Positions 64,000-64,000 of a DNA stretch of 64,000 bases are shown piece after piece; the first letter of the stretch is position 1; each line of letters starts with the position of its first letter. The stretch lies in the NCBI GenBank assembly GCA_050248855.1, contig JBFWRP010000016.1, forward strand, positions 1 to 64,000, in the 5' to 3' direction. Below the pieces are notes generated by a model, which saw nothing but the letters and a program-made list of their open reading frames with translations, had not been told where the DNA came from and made no database searches. Made by a program: the position numbers and the translations under genes. The stretch comes from Planctomycetota bacterium. GTDB taxonomy: Bacteria; Planctomycetota; PLA2; JAEUHO01.

Positions 64000-64000
64000 G

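Overview
64-kb window of a very GC-rich bacterial chromosome. HEAT-repeat, carboxypeptidase-regulatory-like and prepilin proteins plus the purA-uppS-cdsA-phoH-ybeY gene order suggest Planctomycetota (inference only). Most of it is housekeeping: ybeY, phoH, cdsA, uppS, purA, carA, larB, ppk1, icd, trxB, dut, anmK, rsmG, an ABC-F protein and a deoxyhypusine-synthase-like gene. Six things stand out. (1) An 11-subunit complex I operon (nuoABCDHIJKLMN, no nuoEFG) that runs on into a ferritin-like protein with five basic C-terminal repeats and a RimK-associated-type protease. (2) A modular family of palindromic REP-like intergenic repeats. (3) A 203-bp non-coding element with a 34-bp hairpin, present twice, each time flanked by CTG and inserted at CTG|ACAC, once clearly inside a REP module. 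(4) An IscS-like protein lacking the PLP-binding lysine. (5) A roughly 1380-aa prepilin with about 12 Ca-binding-like DxNGNG repeats. (6) A candidate 6S RNA. No transposase, integrase, CRISPR array, tRNA or rRNA was recognised. All calls come from motifs read by eye; no database searches were run.
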